Below are positions 9,821-19,772 of a DNA stretch of 64,000 nucleotides, one piece after another. The stretch comes from a virus. Lineage: Duplodnaviria; Caudoviricetes. The translations under genes were made by a program, and so were the position numbers. Numbering within the stretch: position 1 is the first letter of the stretch; the number at the start of each line of letters is the position of its first letter. The notes beneath the pieces were generated by a model that saw only the letters and a program-made list of their open reading frames with translations, searched no databases and was not told the DNA's origin. The stretch lies in IMG/VR virus record IMGVR_UViG_3300047321_000093, positions 1,740 through 65,739 of that record; one strand, 5' to 3'.

Positions 9821-10387
9821 CTAGTCTTTGTCGCGGACGACGTAGGTGATCGAATTGCGAAGCGATCCGGTGTTGATGAGCGGGATGATGCCCGCCTCAG
9901 TTTGCGCTTGCGCCGGATCGGTGCCTGAGTCGACCGCCTTCAGATACGCTTTCTCATCGGCGCGCATGCTTTTCGTCTGCCGGCTTTTGTGCCGATTTCG
10001 GATCGTTTCAGGCGAGAGAGCAGGCGGGATGTTGCTGCCTATCTTCTTCTTGACCGATTGCGAGGCGATCATGCCGGCGCCACTCATCTGACGCTCCGCA
10101 CCGGCCAGGTTACCACCGAGTGCTGCGTCTGCGGCTTTCCCAAGACGATCGGCGCATTGGCCCTGTACGTCTGCGACGCCGGGCACGAGGAAGGGGCGGG
10201 CGGGCACGTTGTGGGCCGGCGAACCGGTCTCCATCACGTAGCCGATCTGCGCATTAGTGATCGGCGTGTCGGTTCGTTCGGGCGCGCTGTCGGGGATGCC
10301 AACGAGCACGTCCTTGCCAGAGAGCTTATTGATGGCGTCGATGATGGCCTTCATGTTGTCGGCCGTCATCGTTACGCCTGATTTCAT
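9821..10387 (-). CDS. Tail completion / neck protein
   Basis: VLVGIP, PARPFL, PLINTGSLRNSITY motifs. Confidence 0.75.
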   Translation of the reverse strand: MKSGVTMTADNMKAIIDAINKLSGKDVLVGIPDSAPERTDTPITNAQIGYVMETGSPAHNVPARPFLVPGVADVQGQCADRLGKAADAALGGNLAGAERQMSGAGMIASQSVKKKIGSNIPPALSPETIRNRHKSRQTKSMRADEKAYLKAVDSGTDPAQAQTEAGIIPLINTGSLRNSITYVVRDKD

Positions 10388-10394
10388 GTTGTTC

Positions 10395-10790
10395 TCAGCA
10401 ATTGATTTGAAGCCCACCGGCGCCCATCATGCGGGCAAGGCTTAGATACCGAACTCCGTACGACGTAAGCGCCCAGAATCCCGCGCCATCCAACGAGGCC
10501 GCGCCAGTGTCGTAGCTCGTACTGACCTTATCGACAGCCTTAGCGGACGTCGGCCCGGTCATCGTGCCGGGAATGCCGCCGACCGCAGCCGCAGTCTGGT
10601 CGCGCACAGAGAGCGCCAGATGATGCGCCGTGACCAGCTCTATCCCGATGGTGGTCAGTTCCAACCACCGGTCAGCATTGACAAGCGATGCCGCCACCGT
10701 CAGCCACGTCTGCACCAACGAATCCGGGTACCGCGTGGGATCGTTGAACTCGGGAAAATCAGAGCGTAGCTGAGCGGGAGTGACGGTCAT
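10395..10790 (-). CDS. Head-tail adaptor (DUF4054-like)
   Basis: DFPEF...AHHLAL...TSYGVRY. Confidence 0.8.
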   Translation of the reverse strand: MTVTPAQLRSDFPEFNDPTRYPDSLVQTWLTVAASLVNADRWLELTTIGIELVTAHHLALSVRDQTAAAVGGIPGTMTGPTSAKAVDKVSTSYDTGAASLDGAGFWALTSYGVRYLSLARMMGAGGLQINC

Positions 10791-10969
10791 GATTTAGCGG
10801 GTCGGCCGGGTTTGCGCTGTTCTACTTCGACAGCGGGCGCTTCGTCTGTGTGCAGCAGCACGAACCAGTGCGATTCGTACTCAGCGGGAATCGTGTCGCC
10901 TGCCTTGAAGTACAGCGGCCGGCAGTCGTCGCGGGTCAGGGTGAAATCCTGATTGGCGATACGGGTCAT
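10787..10969 (-). CDS. Small head-associated protein
   Basis: Follows the capsid gene; FKAG...HWFV...KPGRP. Confidence 0.55.
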   Translation of the reverse strand: MTRIANQDFTLTRDDCRPLYFKAGDTIPAEYESHWFVLLHTDEAPAVEVEQRKPGRPAKS

Positions 10970-11025
10970 ATTATGCTCCGGGAAGTTGCCGGGAGGCGTC
11001 GATTGCAACGGCTCCCGGCATCCGC

Positions 11026-12093
11026 TTAGATCGCGTCGCGGTAGGCGAGCGTGCTGCCGTAGCGGAATTCAACCTGACCAAATCGCGCCCAGTAAGTGGT
11101 GATCTGGAAAAGCGACCGGTATTCCAACGGGGTCCGCTGCAGTTCCGTCATCGGGTACTGGACGTACTTCTTGTCGTTGTTGTACGCGATCATGCGGTCG
11201 ACCGTGCCCGGCGTGCCCGGCGTGCCACCGACACCCGCACCGATCAGCCACTTCAGCGGGAGGATGTCCAGCTTCTGGCCCATCTGCGTGCAGATGTTGT
11301 TTTTCATGACGTACGACAGGATCGTTTCCTGTGCTGCGGTGTTGACCGGCTGGCTGCCGATGTAACCGAGTTGTGCGGGCGGCAGCATCAGACGGTTCGG
11401 CAGAACCTTCCAGCCCGAAGCGGCCCAGGCGCTCGTCAGGATCTCGTTGCAGTCCTTCAGGATTTCGAGGGCCGTCTTCGTCGTCCACTGCGGCGTGCTT
11501 GCAGCGCCGTTCGCCACGTTCTGATAGCTGCCGACTGCGCTGTTCGAATTGACGAGACCCGTGAAGCCCATGGACGAATCGCCGAAATAGACGATGTTGT
11601 CCAAGTCCATGTTGCGCTTCAGGTTCATACCCTCGACCTTCTGCGCGTCGACCGGCTGGCCGAGGGCTTGCGCCTTCACCAGTTCGGGCACGGTGTACTT
11701 GACCTCAGCACCCCACAGGCGCATCGGCTGCGGCGTCTTGCCGATGTCCACGGACGGGCCGGCAAGGGCGTTGCCCTCGTTCGAAATCCAGTTCAGACCG
11801 CCCGGATTGATGCCGCCCGCCATCGCGAAGGCGGAGTTCGTCCACGATGCGACTTCGTCAGCCGGCGACACGTCGGTACGAATCTCGACGTCGCGCGACC
11901 AGGTGAATTCGACCAGCGGCTCGTTGAGCGTCTGATCCAGACGCTCGAGCTGGCCGATCAGGAATACGCCCGTCGAGTCGACGGTCGCCTTGTCGTAGGT
12001 CATCATGCCATCGGTCGTGAAGTGGCGTGCGAACTTGCGCGACGCTTCAGCGATTTCCCGGCGCTTGAGGAATTTTTGAACAGACATGTCCAT
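11026..12093 (-). CDS. Major capsid protein (DUF2184-like)
   Basis: QLERLDQTLNEPL...PNRLMLPP; size and position. Confidence 0.9.
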   Translation of the reverse strand: MDMSVQKFLKRREIAEASRKFARHFTTDGMMTYDKATVDSTGVFLIGQLERLDQTLNEPLVEFTWSRDVEIRTDVSPADEVASWTNSAFAMAGGINPGGLNWISNEGNALAGPSVDIGKTPQPMRLWGAEVKYTVPELVKAQALGQPVDAQKVEGMNLKRNMDLDNIVYFGDSSMGFTGLVNSNSAVGSYQNVANGAASTPQWTTKTALEILKDCNEILTSAWAASGWKVLPNRLMLPPAQLGYIGSQPVNTAAQETILSYVMKNNICTQMGQKLDILPLKWLIGAGVGGTPGTPGTVDRMIAYNNDKKYVQYPMTELQRTPLEYRSLFQITTYWARFGQVEFRYGSTLAYRDAI

Positions 12094-12115
12094 TTATTTA
12101 ATGCTCCAGAAATGC

Positions 12116-12135
12116 AAAACCCCGCCGAAGCGGGG
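12116..12135 (-). terminator. Terminator-like hairpin between decoration and capsid genes
   Basis: CCCCGC-TTCG-GCGGGG followed by TTTT on the minus strand. Confidence 0.5.
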
Positions 12136-12167
12136 CCTTGTGAGGTGCGCTGCTACGCGCCGGGGAC

Positions 12168-12674
12168 TCAGATGTTGAATGCGATTTCCGTCACGCCGTA
12201 TGCATCGGCCGGGCCGGTGAAATACGTGTTCGACGGAAGGGCGATGGTGTTCGTGCTGTCTGCTGCGGCTTCGAAGCCACCCAGCGGCTTGCCAGCGGAC
12301 GGCGTGGCGACGCGCACGTACACGGTGCCGCCCTTGGTCGCAGCAGTCGCGCCACCAAGCGAGACCATCACATAGCCTCGCTTGAGGATGTCGGTCACGC
12401 CCGAGGTGGGCGGCGTCGACGTGCCGAGCGGGTCGGTGCCGTTGCCCTGGATCGGGTAGGCGCGAAGGTTGATGCCGTACACCGACGCAGCGGTGTCGCC
12501 GGACAGGTTGATCGGCTGCACCTTGCCCGAGACCAGTTTCACGGCAACGCCAAATACGGTTGGCGGAGTTGCCGAGTCGATCTGCTGGGGTTCGATGGTC
12601 GCGGCTTCTGCGCGCTGGAGGTCACCGGCAAAACCAGCCGGCATGCGGAATGTATAAGCTTGCAACGAGGGCAT
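12168..12674 (-). CDS. Head decoration / cement protein
   Basis: RMPAGFAGD...ILKRGYV...VYVRV; just upstream of capsid. Confidence 0.75.
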   Translation of the reverse strand: MPSLQAYTFRMPAGFAGDLQRAEAATIEPQQIDSATPPTVFGVAVKLVSGKVQPINLSGDTAASVYGINLRAYPIQGNGTDPLGTSTPPTSGVTDILKRGYVMVSLGGATAATKGGTVYVRVATPSAGKPLGGFEAAADSTNTIALPSNTYFTGPADAYGVTEIAFNI

Positions 12675-12683
12675 GTCGGCTCC

Positions 12684-14102
12684 TTACTTACGGTTGTTCC
12701 AGAATTCGCGATGGATCTGGTTGAGGTCTTTCGTGGCTACTTGCGCATCAGTAGTCGCGGTCTTTGCAGTCTTGTTCTTCTGCTTGACGAGTTCCGACGC
12801 GGCATGGAAGGCCATCTTTGCAGCGGCGCAATCCATCTTCGAGACATCTGCGTCGCCCGTGATGATGCGTACGAGGCTGGCGTTGTCATTCGTCAGCGCA
12901 GCCTTGAGGGCACGGCGGCGCAGCACGCAGATCGAGTCGGCCGTCTTCTTGCTGTCGGCTTTCGCGTCGTACGTCGGCAGTTTCACGCCCGGCGCGAGGA
13001 TTTCAGCGCGCGCTTTGGCGTCCTGGAACTCATCTCGGAACGAGGCGGAATCGCTGGTCGACTTCTTCTCGTCGTCTTTCTTTTCTTCTGATTCGTCCGA
13101 GTCGTTCGTTTCGTCGGCGTCCGGGTCAACTTCCTCGCCGTCGTCCTTGGTCTCGTCCTTCTTCTCCTCTTCGGAGTCGTTGGTCTTGCCAGACTCGAGA
13201 GCGGAGACGCGTTCACCGATTGCGGCAACGGACTGGGCGACGGATTCGATCGCCGACATCACCTTGGCCATCGGATCCGCTTCGGACTCGTCGTCCTTCG
13301 TGTCTTCCGAGGCATTCGCCTTTTCCGAACCGGGCATGTGGATGTGGATCGCCGGCACGTTGTCTACTGCGCCAGCGGCCTCGTCTTTCACTTCCTCGGA
13401 CAGCGCTTTCTCGAAGGCTTCCGAGTCGCGCGTCATAAACAATTTGCGCAACTTATCCTTGATGGACTCGGCGCCGTTCTTAACAGCCATGGGTAAATCT
13501 CCTATGGAGGGTTTTGAGTCTTGGACGGAGCAGGTTGTCCCGCAGCGCGGGTTCCTGACCAACGCAACGTGATTTGCCACGATGGTCGTTTGCCGCGCCC
13601 GTCCCGGCGCGATTTGCTCATAGTCCGCGTCGTATCCGACCGAGATGCCCTTCAGGCCGTTGTTGCGGACTTCGTTGATGGCGAACTTGTCTTGAATCAT
13701 CAGGTCAGCGAGAAGCAGGTCGCTCTGCTCGCCTTCGCCGCGGCGCGGATTGAATGTCGATCCCTTTGAGAGAATCGACCACGTATCCGGAGTCACCTGA
13801 TCTTTCGGGTGATTAATCGTGACGGGCTTGCCAAGCAAACTCGCTAGAGTGTCTGGCGCGAATACGACATCAGCATCGCGTTCGACGACAATCAGGCCAT
13901 CCGGGCCCGCCTCAAGATCTGGCAATTCAATGTCGGCATACTCTTGAGTCCCTATGCGCGCGATCGGCACCGCCTCGCAGATGAGAAAGCCTTCGGGAGT
14001 GAAATACTGGTTCGGGCTCAACTCTTCATCAGCGAAGAATCCGGAAGCAGTGACCGCATCATTCGTGCGCTTCGTCTTGCACGAATCGCATTGGCATGCC
14101 AT
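12684..14102 (-). CDS. Prohead protease/scaffold (DUF2213-like)
   Basis: TPEGFL, GKPVTINHP, SVGY, NHVALV..PRCG, acidic scaffold region. Confidence 0.85.
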   Translation of the reverse strand: MACQCDSCKTKRTNDAVTASGFFADEELSPNQYFTPEGFLICEAVPIARIGTQEYADIELPDLEAGPDGLIVVERDADVVFAPDTLASLLGKPVTINHPKDQVTPDTWSILSKGSTFNPRRGEGEQSDLLLADLMIQDKFAINEVRNNGLKGISVGYDADYEQIAPGRARQTTIVANHVALVRNPRCGTTCSVQDSKPSIGDLPMAVKNGAESIKDKLRKLFMTRDSEAFEKALSEEVKDEAAGAVDNVPAIHIHMPGSEKANASEDTKDDESEADPMAKVMSAIESVAQSVAAIGERVSALESGKTNDSEEEKKDETKDDGEEVDPDADETNDSDESEEKKDDEKKSTSDSASFRDEFQDAKARAEILAPGVKLPTYDAKADSKKTADSICVLRRRALKAALTNDNASLVRIITGDADVSKMDCAAAKMAFHAASELVKQKNKTAKTATTDAQVATKDLNQIHREFWNNRK

Positions 14103-14103
14103 A

Positions 14104-14385
14104 TCACTTCCCCGCAGTGATGCGAACCGATGCGGGATCACCCGTCGTAATGAACGACAGGCTCGTGTTCGCATTCAGGTTCATGACGACGGGCACGTTC
14201 TGCACGAGCGGATGACCGTTCGCGACAGTTACCGATGCTCCATAGCCAACGAACGCGACCGCGGGACCAAGGTTCGTCAGGATGACTTGCGTCGGCGTGC
14301 CAGTTGCCGGAACGGCGACCGGCTGAGAGGTGCCGGTGGCGGCGACAGACGCTTCGCCAGTGAAGATGAAATCGGGGAGGGCCAT
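14104..14385 (-). CDS. Small beta-rich virion protein
   Basis: Compact ORF with SD in the head operon. Confidence 0.55.
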   Translation of the reverse strand: MALPDFIFTGEASVAATGTSQPVAVPATGTPTQVILTNLGPAVAFVGYGASVTVANGHPLVQNVPVVMNLNANTSLSFITTGDPASVRITAGK

Positions 14386-14390
14386 TTAGG

Positions 14391-15137
14391 TCAGTCCGGA
14401 ATAATGGGTTCGGCGTAGCACCGGCAATTCCAGATGCAGCCAGGGTTTGCGCGCTCGCCTGATCGCTCATCAGCAACAGGCGGGTTGTTCCACTGGAATA
14501 TCTTGCCGTTGAGCTTTTTGTGATCGCTGCGGACGGTTGAATCACCGCTAGTGCGCCAGACATAGGAGTCGGCGCCGATAGACTGCGCTCGAGCCTGCGT
14601 CAGCGTGGTGGACGTTCTAGCTACTTCCGTGCGGGCAATGAGCGTCGCCCGGCTGGCCGTGACCTCGCCAGAGCGCATGATCTCTTTCGCGATCTCACTG
14701 GCGCGGGTTGAATCTTCTATGCCGGCCAGCGTCAACTGATGCACCCGCTGTGCAGCCTCGCGCGGCAGGCTCTGAATCAGATCAACCTGAGACGCGAGCA
14801 ACTGACGCATCACCACGCCAGTCGGCGCGTTGCGAATCTCTTCCCGTAGCCCGCGCGACAAGTCTTTCGCCAACGTCTTCCACGTCTGCTCATCCCGCAG
14901 CGCGACATCCATCAGCATGTTGCTGGCAGTCTGCGTCGCCCAGCCCTTGAGCATGTCGGCGTAGGCGTTGAGCAACTGCTCGATCGTCGGCACCTGGCTC
15001 ATGTCGCCGGGCGTGAAGGGCTGGATGATCGCGCCTACCTGCTGCGCGACCTTGCGAAGCTGCGAGCCATACCGAAGTTCAGCGCCTCGCGTCCTGACCG
15101 GGTTGCGTTCGCGCTTGCGGTCTAGGGTGAGGGTCAT
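14391..15137 (-). CDS. Minor head protein (Mu gpF/SPP1 gp7-like)
   Basis: RATLIARTE, YVWRT..D..VR..H, NCRC. Confidence 0.9.
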   Translation of the reverse strand: MTLTLDRKRERNPVRTRGAELRYGSQLRKVAQQVGAIIQPFTPGDMSQVPTIEQLLNAYADMLKGWATQTASNMLMDVALRDEQTWKTLAKDLSRGLREEIRNAPTGVVMRQLLASQVDLIQSLPREAAQRVHQLTLAGIEDSTRASEIAKEIMRSGEVTASRATLIARTEVARTSTTLTQARAQSIGADSYVWRTSGDSTVRSDHKKLNGKIFQWNNPPVADERSGERANPGCIWNCRCYAEPIIPD

Positions 15138-15490
15138 AATGGCGGTAACGTGTCCGGCACTTCTGCGCCAAATTGACTTCCAACGAAAGACCGCATTGCA
15201 GCTATAAGATGCGTTGGGCCGAAACACTGATAGCGATTCAAGCCAGTTCCCATGCTAGCGACATAAACAACTGGCCGATCCGACTCCATCATCTCCGGTG
15301 AGATCCGGCCGCGCTCGCGCTCGATGATCTGCCCAGCAAGCCCCCAGTCGTGCGAGGGGTCGTAGCAAGGCGCTGGAGCGAACTGCTCGACGCCATGATC
15401 GTCCACCCACGCGGATGCGCTGCGCGTCCATCCATTCGCCCGCGCGACCCAATAATCAAGCAGCGCGCCAGTCAATTCGGATGTCTTCAT
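15134..15490 (-). CDS. NinX/DUF2591-family protein
   Basis: ELTGALLDYWVARA...PSHDW..AGQIIERE...LIAAMR. Confidence 0.75.
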   Translation of the reverse strand: MKTSELTGALLDYWVARANGWTRSASAWVDDHGVEQFAPAPCYDPSHDWGLAGQIIERERGRISPEMMESDRPVVYVASMGTGLNRYQCFGPTHLIAAMRSFVGSQFGAEVPDTLPPL

Positions 15491-15522
15491 GTCATCTCCC
15501 AAAGATGAACCCTATTCGAGAG

Positions 15523-15575
15523 GCTGCGGCAACGGGCAGGGGAACCCGCTTTCGGACGGCCATCCTAGCCGCAGC
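15523..15575 (-). ncRNA. Candidate structured RNA element (three-way junction)
   Basis: GCTGCGGC/GCCGCAGC closing stem enclosing two hairpins joined by GAAA. Confidence 0.45.
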
Positions 15576-15583
15576 ACAACTTG

Positions 15584-17032
15584 TCATTTCTTCTTGCGCA
15601 AGCGTTTTAGCCATGAAACGGCAGAGCCGGAATCGCCCGTCAGCTTCGACATATCTGGCAAGTCCATCTCGCCGGGTGGCGGGGCGTTCTTTTCCTGTTC
15701 TTCGGCTTCGGCAATCGCTTCATCCGTGATCCCGCCAAACATGCCGGTATTCGGTGCGGACGCCTTAAGCTCCTTCATGCCGTCGCTGATCTTGAGCAGG
15801 TTCGCATCCACCGCGGCAGTCACAGCTTCCACGGTCGACTTGGCGATTGTGGATTTCTCCACCTCGCTCATTTCCTGAAGGTTGCGGAACTCGAATCCGA
15901 AGTCGTCGGGCAACGGTTTGCCGAGCGATGACATCGACATGACAGAGAGCAGACGATGCAACGGATTGCGCAGACGTCGTTCCTGGTTCTGCTTGACCTT
16001 CTCGTGCCACTGCTTCATCTCGCCTTCGCCAGTCGCGCTCAGGCCGGTTGGAGACTGGCCGAACAGACGGGTGAATGGCATTCCTAATGCGCCGCACAAT
16101 TGCTGTGCGAACTGGGTCAGCATGTCAGACAGGCCGGAGAACGCGTATGTGTGCGCCTCGAACTTGTCTTCAGAGTCGACGAGAGTCATTCCCTCGTTGG
16201 TTTGAGCAAAGCGGGTGAACTCGATTTGCGCCTTGAGACCAGCCAGTGCAGGGCCGCCCATGGCGACGATCTCACGGAGGCCTTTCACCGTCATTGTTCG
16301 GAGATGCGCCTTATAGATCAACTGGCCGGCGCCAACAGACGCGCTATCGAATGCAATGAGGCGATCCCACATCGGCTCGAGGACCGATAGGCCCCAGCCG
16401 TTCTCACTGACGCGTTGATAAAACGGCAAGTCCATGCCATCCATACGGATCACGCGCGAGTAGTGAATCTTCGCTTTCGGTATCGCCGCATAGTCAGCAA
16501 TGACGTTGTAATAGACCGGTTTACCCATGTCCGGGCCGAAGTCGGTTACCACCTCGCCAACGGGCGGAGACACCATCCAGCGATCAAGAATCAGCAGGCC
16601 CTTGAACTGGTCTTTGCCGATCGACTCCACACGCAATGGAGTAGCGAAGTCTTGCCCATCAATCAGCATGACTGCTAGACAGCCGCCGTACAGATTCGCC
16701 CACTTGCCATCGTCGCACAGCGCATCCCAGATCGCCAGGCGCATCATGTCGCGCTCGAGCAGCGAAATATCTTCCGGCTCTAGCCCGGACATCTCGATAC
16801 CGCACCGGGTCATATCTTCCGGCATCGCATCGACCGCAGCGCGGACCACCCAACTACCGCGGTAGGCGGCTTCGAGGTTGATCCGGTTGCGGCTTTGATA
16901 CGAAAGCGCGTAGGACGACGCAGACGACTGGTTATTCGTTCCCCAGCCCAGGTTAGCGGACGCGTTGACGAATGAATCGTTGGTACGCGCCACCGTCACG
17001 CCTGCCTTCTGGTTTCGACGTGACTTAGACAT
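15584..17032 (-). CDS. Portal protein (DUF1073-like)
   Basis: YRGSW...IHYSRVI...TRLFGQSP.GL.ATGE; follows TerL. Confidence 0.9.
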   Translation of the reverse strand: MSKSRRNQKAGVTVARTNDSFVNASANLGWGTNNQSSASSYALSYQSRNRINLEAAYRGSWVVRAAVDAMPEDMTRCGIEMSGLEPEDISLLERDMMRLAIWDALCDDGKWANLYGGCLAVMLIDGQDFATPLRVESIGKDQFKGLLILDRWMVSPPVGEVVTDFGPDMGKPVYYNVIADYAAIPKAKIHYSRVIRMDGMDLPFYQRVSENGWGLSVLEPMWDRLIAFDSASVGAGQLIYKAHLRTMTVKGLREIVAMGGPALAGLKAQIEFTRFAQTNEGMTLVDSEDKFEAHTYAFSGLSDMLTQFAQQLCGALGMPFTRLFGQSPTGLSATGEGEMKQWHEKVKQNQERRLRNPLHRLLSVMSMSSLGKPLPDDFGFEFRNLQEMSEVEKSTIAKSTVEAVTAAVDANLLKISDGMKELKASAPNTGMFGGITDEAIAEAEEQEKNAPPPGEMDLPDMSKLTGDSGSAVSWLKRLRKKK

Positions 17033-17077
17033 GCTAGAAGAATTTCCTTTTTTGTGGCGCGAGGCCTCGGAGTAGTT

Positions 17078-18460
17078 TTACCCTGCAAGCTTCGCCCAAA
17101 TATCCAGATTTGTTCCGCCAGGGGCGTAGCACATCACAAAAGCATCTGCAAGGTTGGGCGAGGCGACCTCGCGCTTTGCAAGATCCTTCTTGCTCTCGAC
17201 CTTCACGCGGCCGTTCTGGTCATAATCGCGCTTCGGCGTCGACAACTCGTCGATCAGGCGATCCAGGTGAGGGCAATCAGCAGAGATGCTGATCAACTTG
17301 TCGTCGGCGAATTTCTCGCCGCGGCGAATCGCATTGAAGGTGTTGCGAAACCGGTCTGCCACCAGCCACCACGCTTGCGCCTTGATGTTGCTGAACATGT
17401 CCTTGTTCGTGACCTTTGGCTGATATTCGCGATCCGGCTCCCACACAGCCCCGCCAGCGTTGAATTTCTCGTAACGCACAGGGAAGCGATCGGTCGACGA
17501 CTCATTGACTTCCTTGAACTTGGCGCCGGCAGAAGCCCCAACACCAATAGAGTCATAGATGATCTTTGCGTCACGCTCTTTGGCGGCGACATAGGTCCGG
17601 CTGCACGATTTCAGCAACTCGTCTTCGCCAGCCTTCCATTCATCGACCCACGAAACCACAGAGCCATGCGCAAACACGTTAGCGCACTTGTCGGCGCCAG
17701 AATCTGCAACGTCGAAGCCAATACGCTTGGCGCCGGATGGCTCGATACCCAGTGCCTTATGCGCGTCGATAGCAGCCATAATCCACGAGCGCTTGATGAT
17801 CGCTTCGTCATCGTCGTCCTTGGGCTGGCCAAGGTAGATGTGCGCGAACTCGTCTTCGTCTTCCGCCTGAGCGGCTTCGATGACGTCGCGCATCGTCTGC
17901 GAGAGAAACGGATTCTCGTCGTAGTTGATCAGCCGCTTGACCGTCCGCGGCGGCGGATTGGTCACAAACCGCTTGTAGACGAAATCCGTTGCCAGGCGAG
18001 GGTTGAAGATCAGCCAGTGCTGCGAGCCCTGCTTGCGGATGGTCGGCTCGAGAACCTTCCATTGCGCTTCGGTCAAAAGGTGCGCCTCTTCCGACCAGTG
18101 AATGTCGATCGATTCAATCGACTTCACTTCGTCAATCTGGCGCCAGAGCCCGTAGAACACGAACTCGCTGCCCGTCGCCGTGCAGATGATCTTGTTGTCT
18201 AAAATGCGGAACTTTGACCGCAGGCCGAAGCGCTCAATCTGGATCTTCAGCAAGCTATAGACCGAATCCTCAATACGATTCTGAAACTGGCGCGTGCAAA
18301 GAAACTTCAGTTTCATCTGCTGCGCGAGGAAGATCGCGAAGCCGGCTGCGTCCCATGACTTGGAACTGGACCGGCCGCCATAGAGCACGCGGTTGCGTGC
18401 CGGCGTCATCCAGAAGGATCGCAAGCATGGGTTAAGGCTTGGTGCCCCCATAGAAATCAT
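17078..18460 (-). CDS. terL: Terminase large subunit (PBSX-like)
   Basis: GGRSSSKS Walker A, WSEEAH Walker B, FNP, GFDVAD, SPNLADA. Confidence 0.95.
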   Translation of the reverse strand: MISMGAPSLNPCLRSFWMTPARNRVLYGGRSSSKSWDAAGFAIFLAQQMKLKFLCTRQFQNRIEDSVYSLLKIQIERFGLRSKFRILDNKIICTATGSEFVFYGLWRQIDEVKSIESIDIHWSEEAHLLTEAQWKVLEPTIRKQGSQHWLIFNPRLATDFVYKRFVTNPPPRTVKRLINYDENPFLSQTMRDVIEAAQAEDEDEFAHIYLGQPKDDDDEAIIKRSWIMAAIDAHKALGIEPSGAKRIGFDVADSGADKCANVFAHGSVVSWVDEWKAGEDELLKSCSRTYVAAKERDAKIIYDSIGVGASAGAKFKEVNESSTDRFPVRYEKFNAGGAVWEPDREYQPKVTNKDMFSNIKAQAWWLVADRFRNTFNAIRRGEKFADDKLISISADCPHLDRLIDELSTPKRDYDQNGRVKVESKKDLAKREVASPNLADAFVMCYAPGGTNLDIWAKLAG

Positions 18461-18956
18461 CTAGCGTCATGGTCGGTCGTTCTTCGGCGTCCAGCGGCTT
18501 GTCCTTGTTGGCGGCAAGCAGGTTCAGGGCGATCTTCCCGGATTCGTTGGCGAGCGACGTGAGCGCAGCAATACCGCGCAAGCTCTCACCGCTGGATAGC
18601 GGAGAAGCGTCGTCGATCTTCTCGACTTCGGAATGGGCGAGAGCACTGAGGCGGTGAGCGGTGGCCGCGCCATAGTCTGCGGCACTCAGAATGTGGTTGT
18701 TAAGCGAAGCTAGCCTGGCAGCATAACTTTGTGTATTAATCTGCGAAGAAACGGGAAGCTTTCGAAGTTCCGTTTGCGCCGTAACCAGTTGATTCGCAAT
18801 GGCTTTTACTTTTTCTACCCGCGAAGTTAACTTGAGACGGATCGCCGTTTCTGAGACGCCGTACTCCCGGGCGAGAGCCCGCCTGGGCTCACCTTCGAGC
18901 AGGCGTCGCTCAATGTCAACCCATTGGGCCTCGTTCAGTTTCGATGGACGCCCCAT
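18432..18956 (-). CDS. terS: Terminase small subunit
   Basis: MGRPSKL, HTH (RALAREYGVSETAIR); directly upstream of terL. Confidence 0.75.
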   Translation of the reverse strand: MGRPSKLNEAQWVDIERRLLEGEPRRALAREYGVSETAIRLKLTSRVEKVKAIANQLVTAQTELRKLPVSSQINTQSYAARLASLNNHILSAADYGAATAHRLSALAHSEVEKIDDASPLSSGESLRGIAALTSLANESGKIALNLLAANKDKPLDAEERPTMTLDDFYGGTKP

Positions 18957-19545
18957 ACTCTTTAACTTCTCGGCTGAAAGGAATGTTACGGATGACGAGG
19001 AGGGACTCGAGATACTCGATGTACTCGGCATCAGGCATTAGCCGTTTTCGATTCACCGCGTCCAATATCCTGTCCATTGCTCTGGACAAGTCGCGGGCCT
19101 CGCGAGAGACACCAAAGAGGCACAATCGCCGGAGATCATCCGGCGTGAGGTCGAACCATTCGCCAGCGATGCGCTTGGCCTTCATGAAGGCGTGAAGTTC
19201 ACTTTCGAATTCGCGGGCATTCAAAACATAGAACGATGCGACCACCCGGATATCAAATGGCAGCTTAACGTTGAACGTCGCCACGCGATCGCGGAGATTA
19301 TTGGCCTTTCCGATCTTGTGCTTTGTGACGCCTTCGTGCGTTCCCTCGATGATATAGACGTAGCCGAATCTATTGTCGCGCGCGATTTGCTTCATGAGCG
19401 GCGCCAGCCACTCTTCGTCTGCGTGTCCGCTTAGATCGCGAAACAGAGTTGTGAGCGTCAAGCCATAACCTGAATCTGGAATCGCCATGATGGCGCTCAT
19501 ATCAGGAATTTTCGCTTCGAGTGCCTCTAGAAGACCGTTGCTCAT
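18916..19545 (-). CDS. GIY-YIG / T5orf172-like nuclease domain protein
   Basis: GYVYII...KIGKA..L..R...E..LH...GEWFDL. Confidence 0.8.
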   Translation of the reverse strand: MSNGLLEALEAKIPDMSAIMAIPDSGYGLTLTTLFRDLSGHADEEWLAPLMKQIARDNRFGYVYIIEGTHEGVTKHKIGKANNLRDRVATFNVKLPFDIRVVASFYVLNAREFESELHAFMKAKRIAGEWFDLTPDDLRRLCLFGVSREARDLSRAMDRILDAVNRKRLMPDAEYIEYLESLLVIRNIPFSREVKEYGASIETERGPMG

Positions 19546-19724
19546 TCCACGATCTCCTTAGCCAGGAGAAGAACTCGCATGTACTCGACCGCCCACGCCG
19601 GCAAAGGCGAATGACCTTGCATCCACCGGCTAATAGTCGTTGCGTCAACACCAGTGCGCCGCGCGAACTCAGCCTGACTCCAGCCGAGTTGCGAAAGGGC
19701 GTCTTTGAATTTTTCGGGTTTCAT
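19542..19724 (-). CDS. XRE-family HTH protein
   Basis: LGWSQAEFARRTGVDATTISRW. Confidence 0.8.
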   Translation of the reverse strand: MKPEKFKDALSQLGWSQAEFARRTGVDATTISRWMQGHSPLPAWAVEYMRVLLLAKEIVE

Positions 19725-19772
19725 GCAAACATTTTAGCATCACGCATATACTGTGCGCCATAAACATCTGCA

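Noticed and set aside
15523-15575. Canonical hammerhead ribozyme
   Set aside because: Lacks the CUGANGA core; kept only as an unknown structured element
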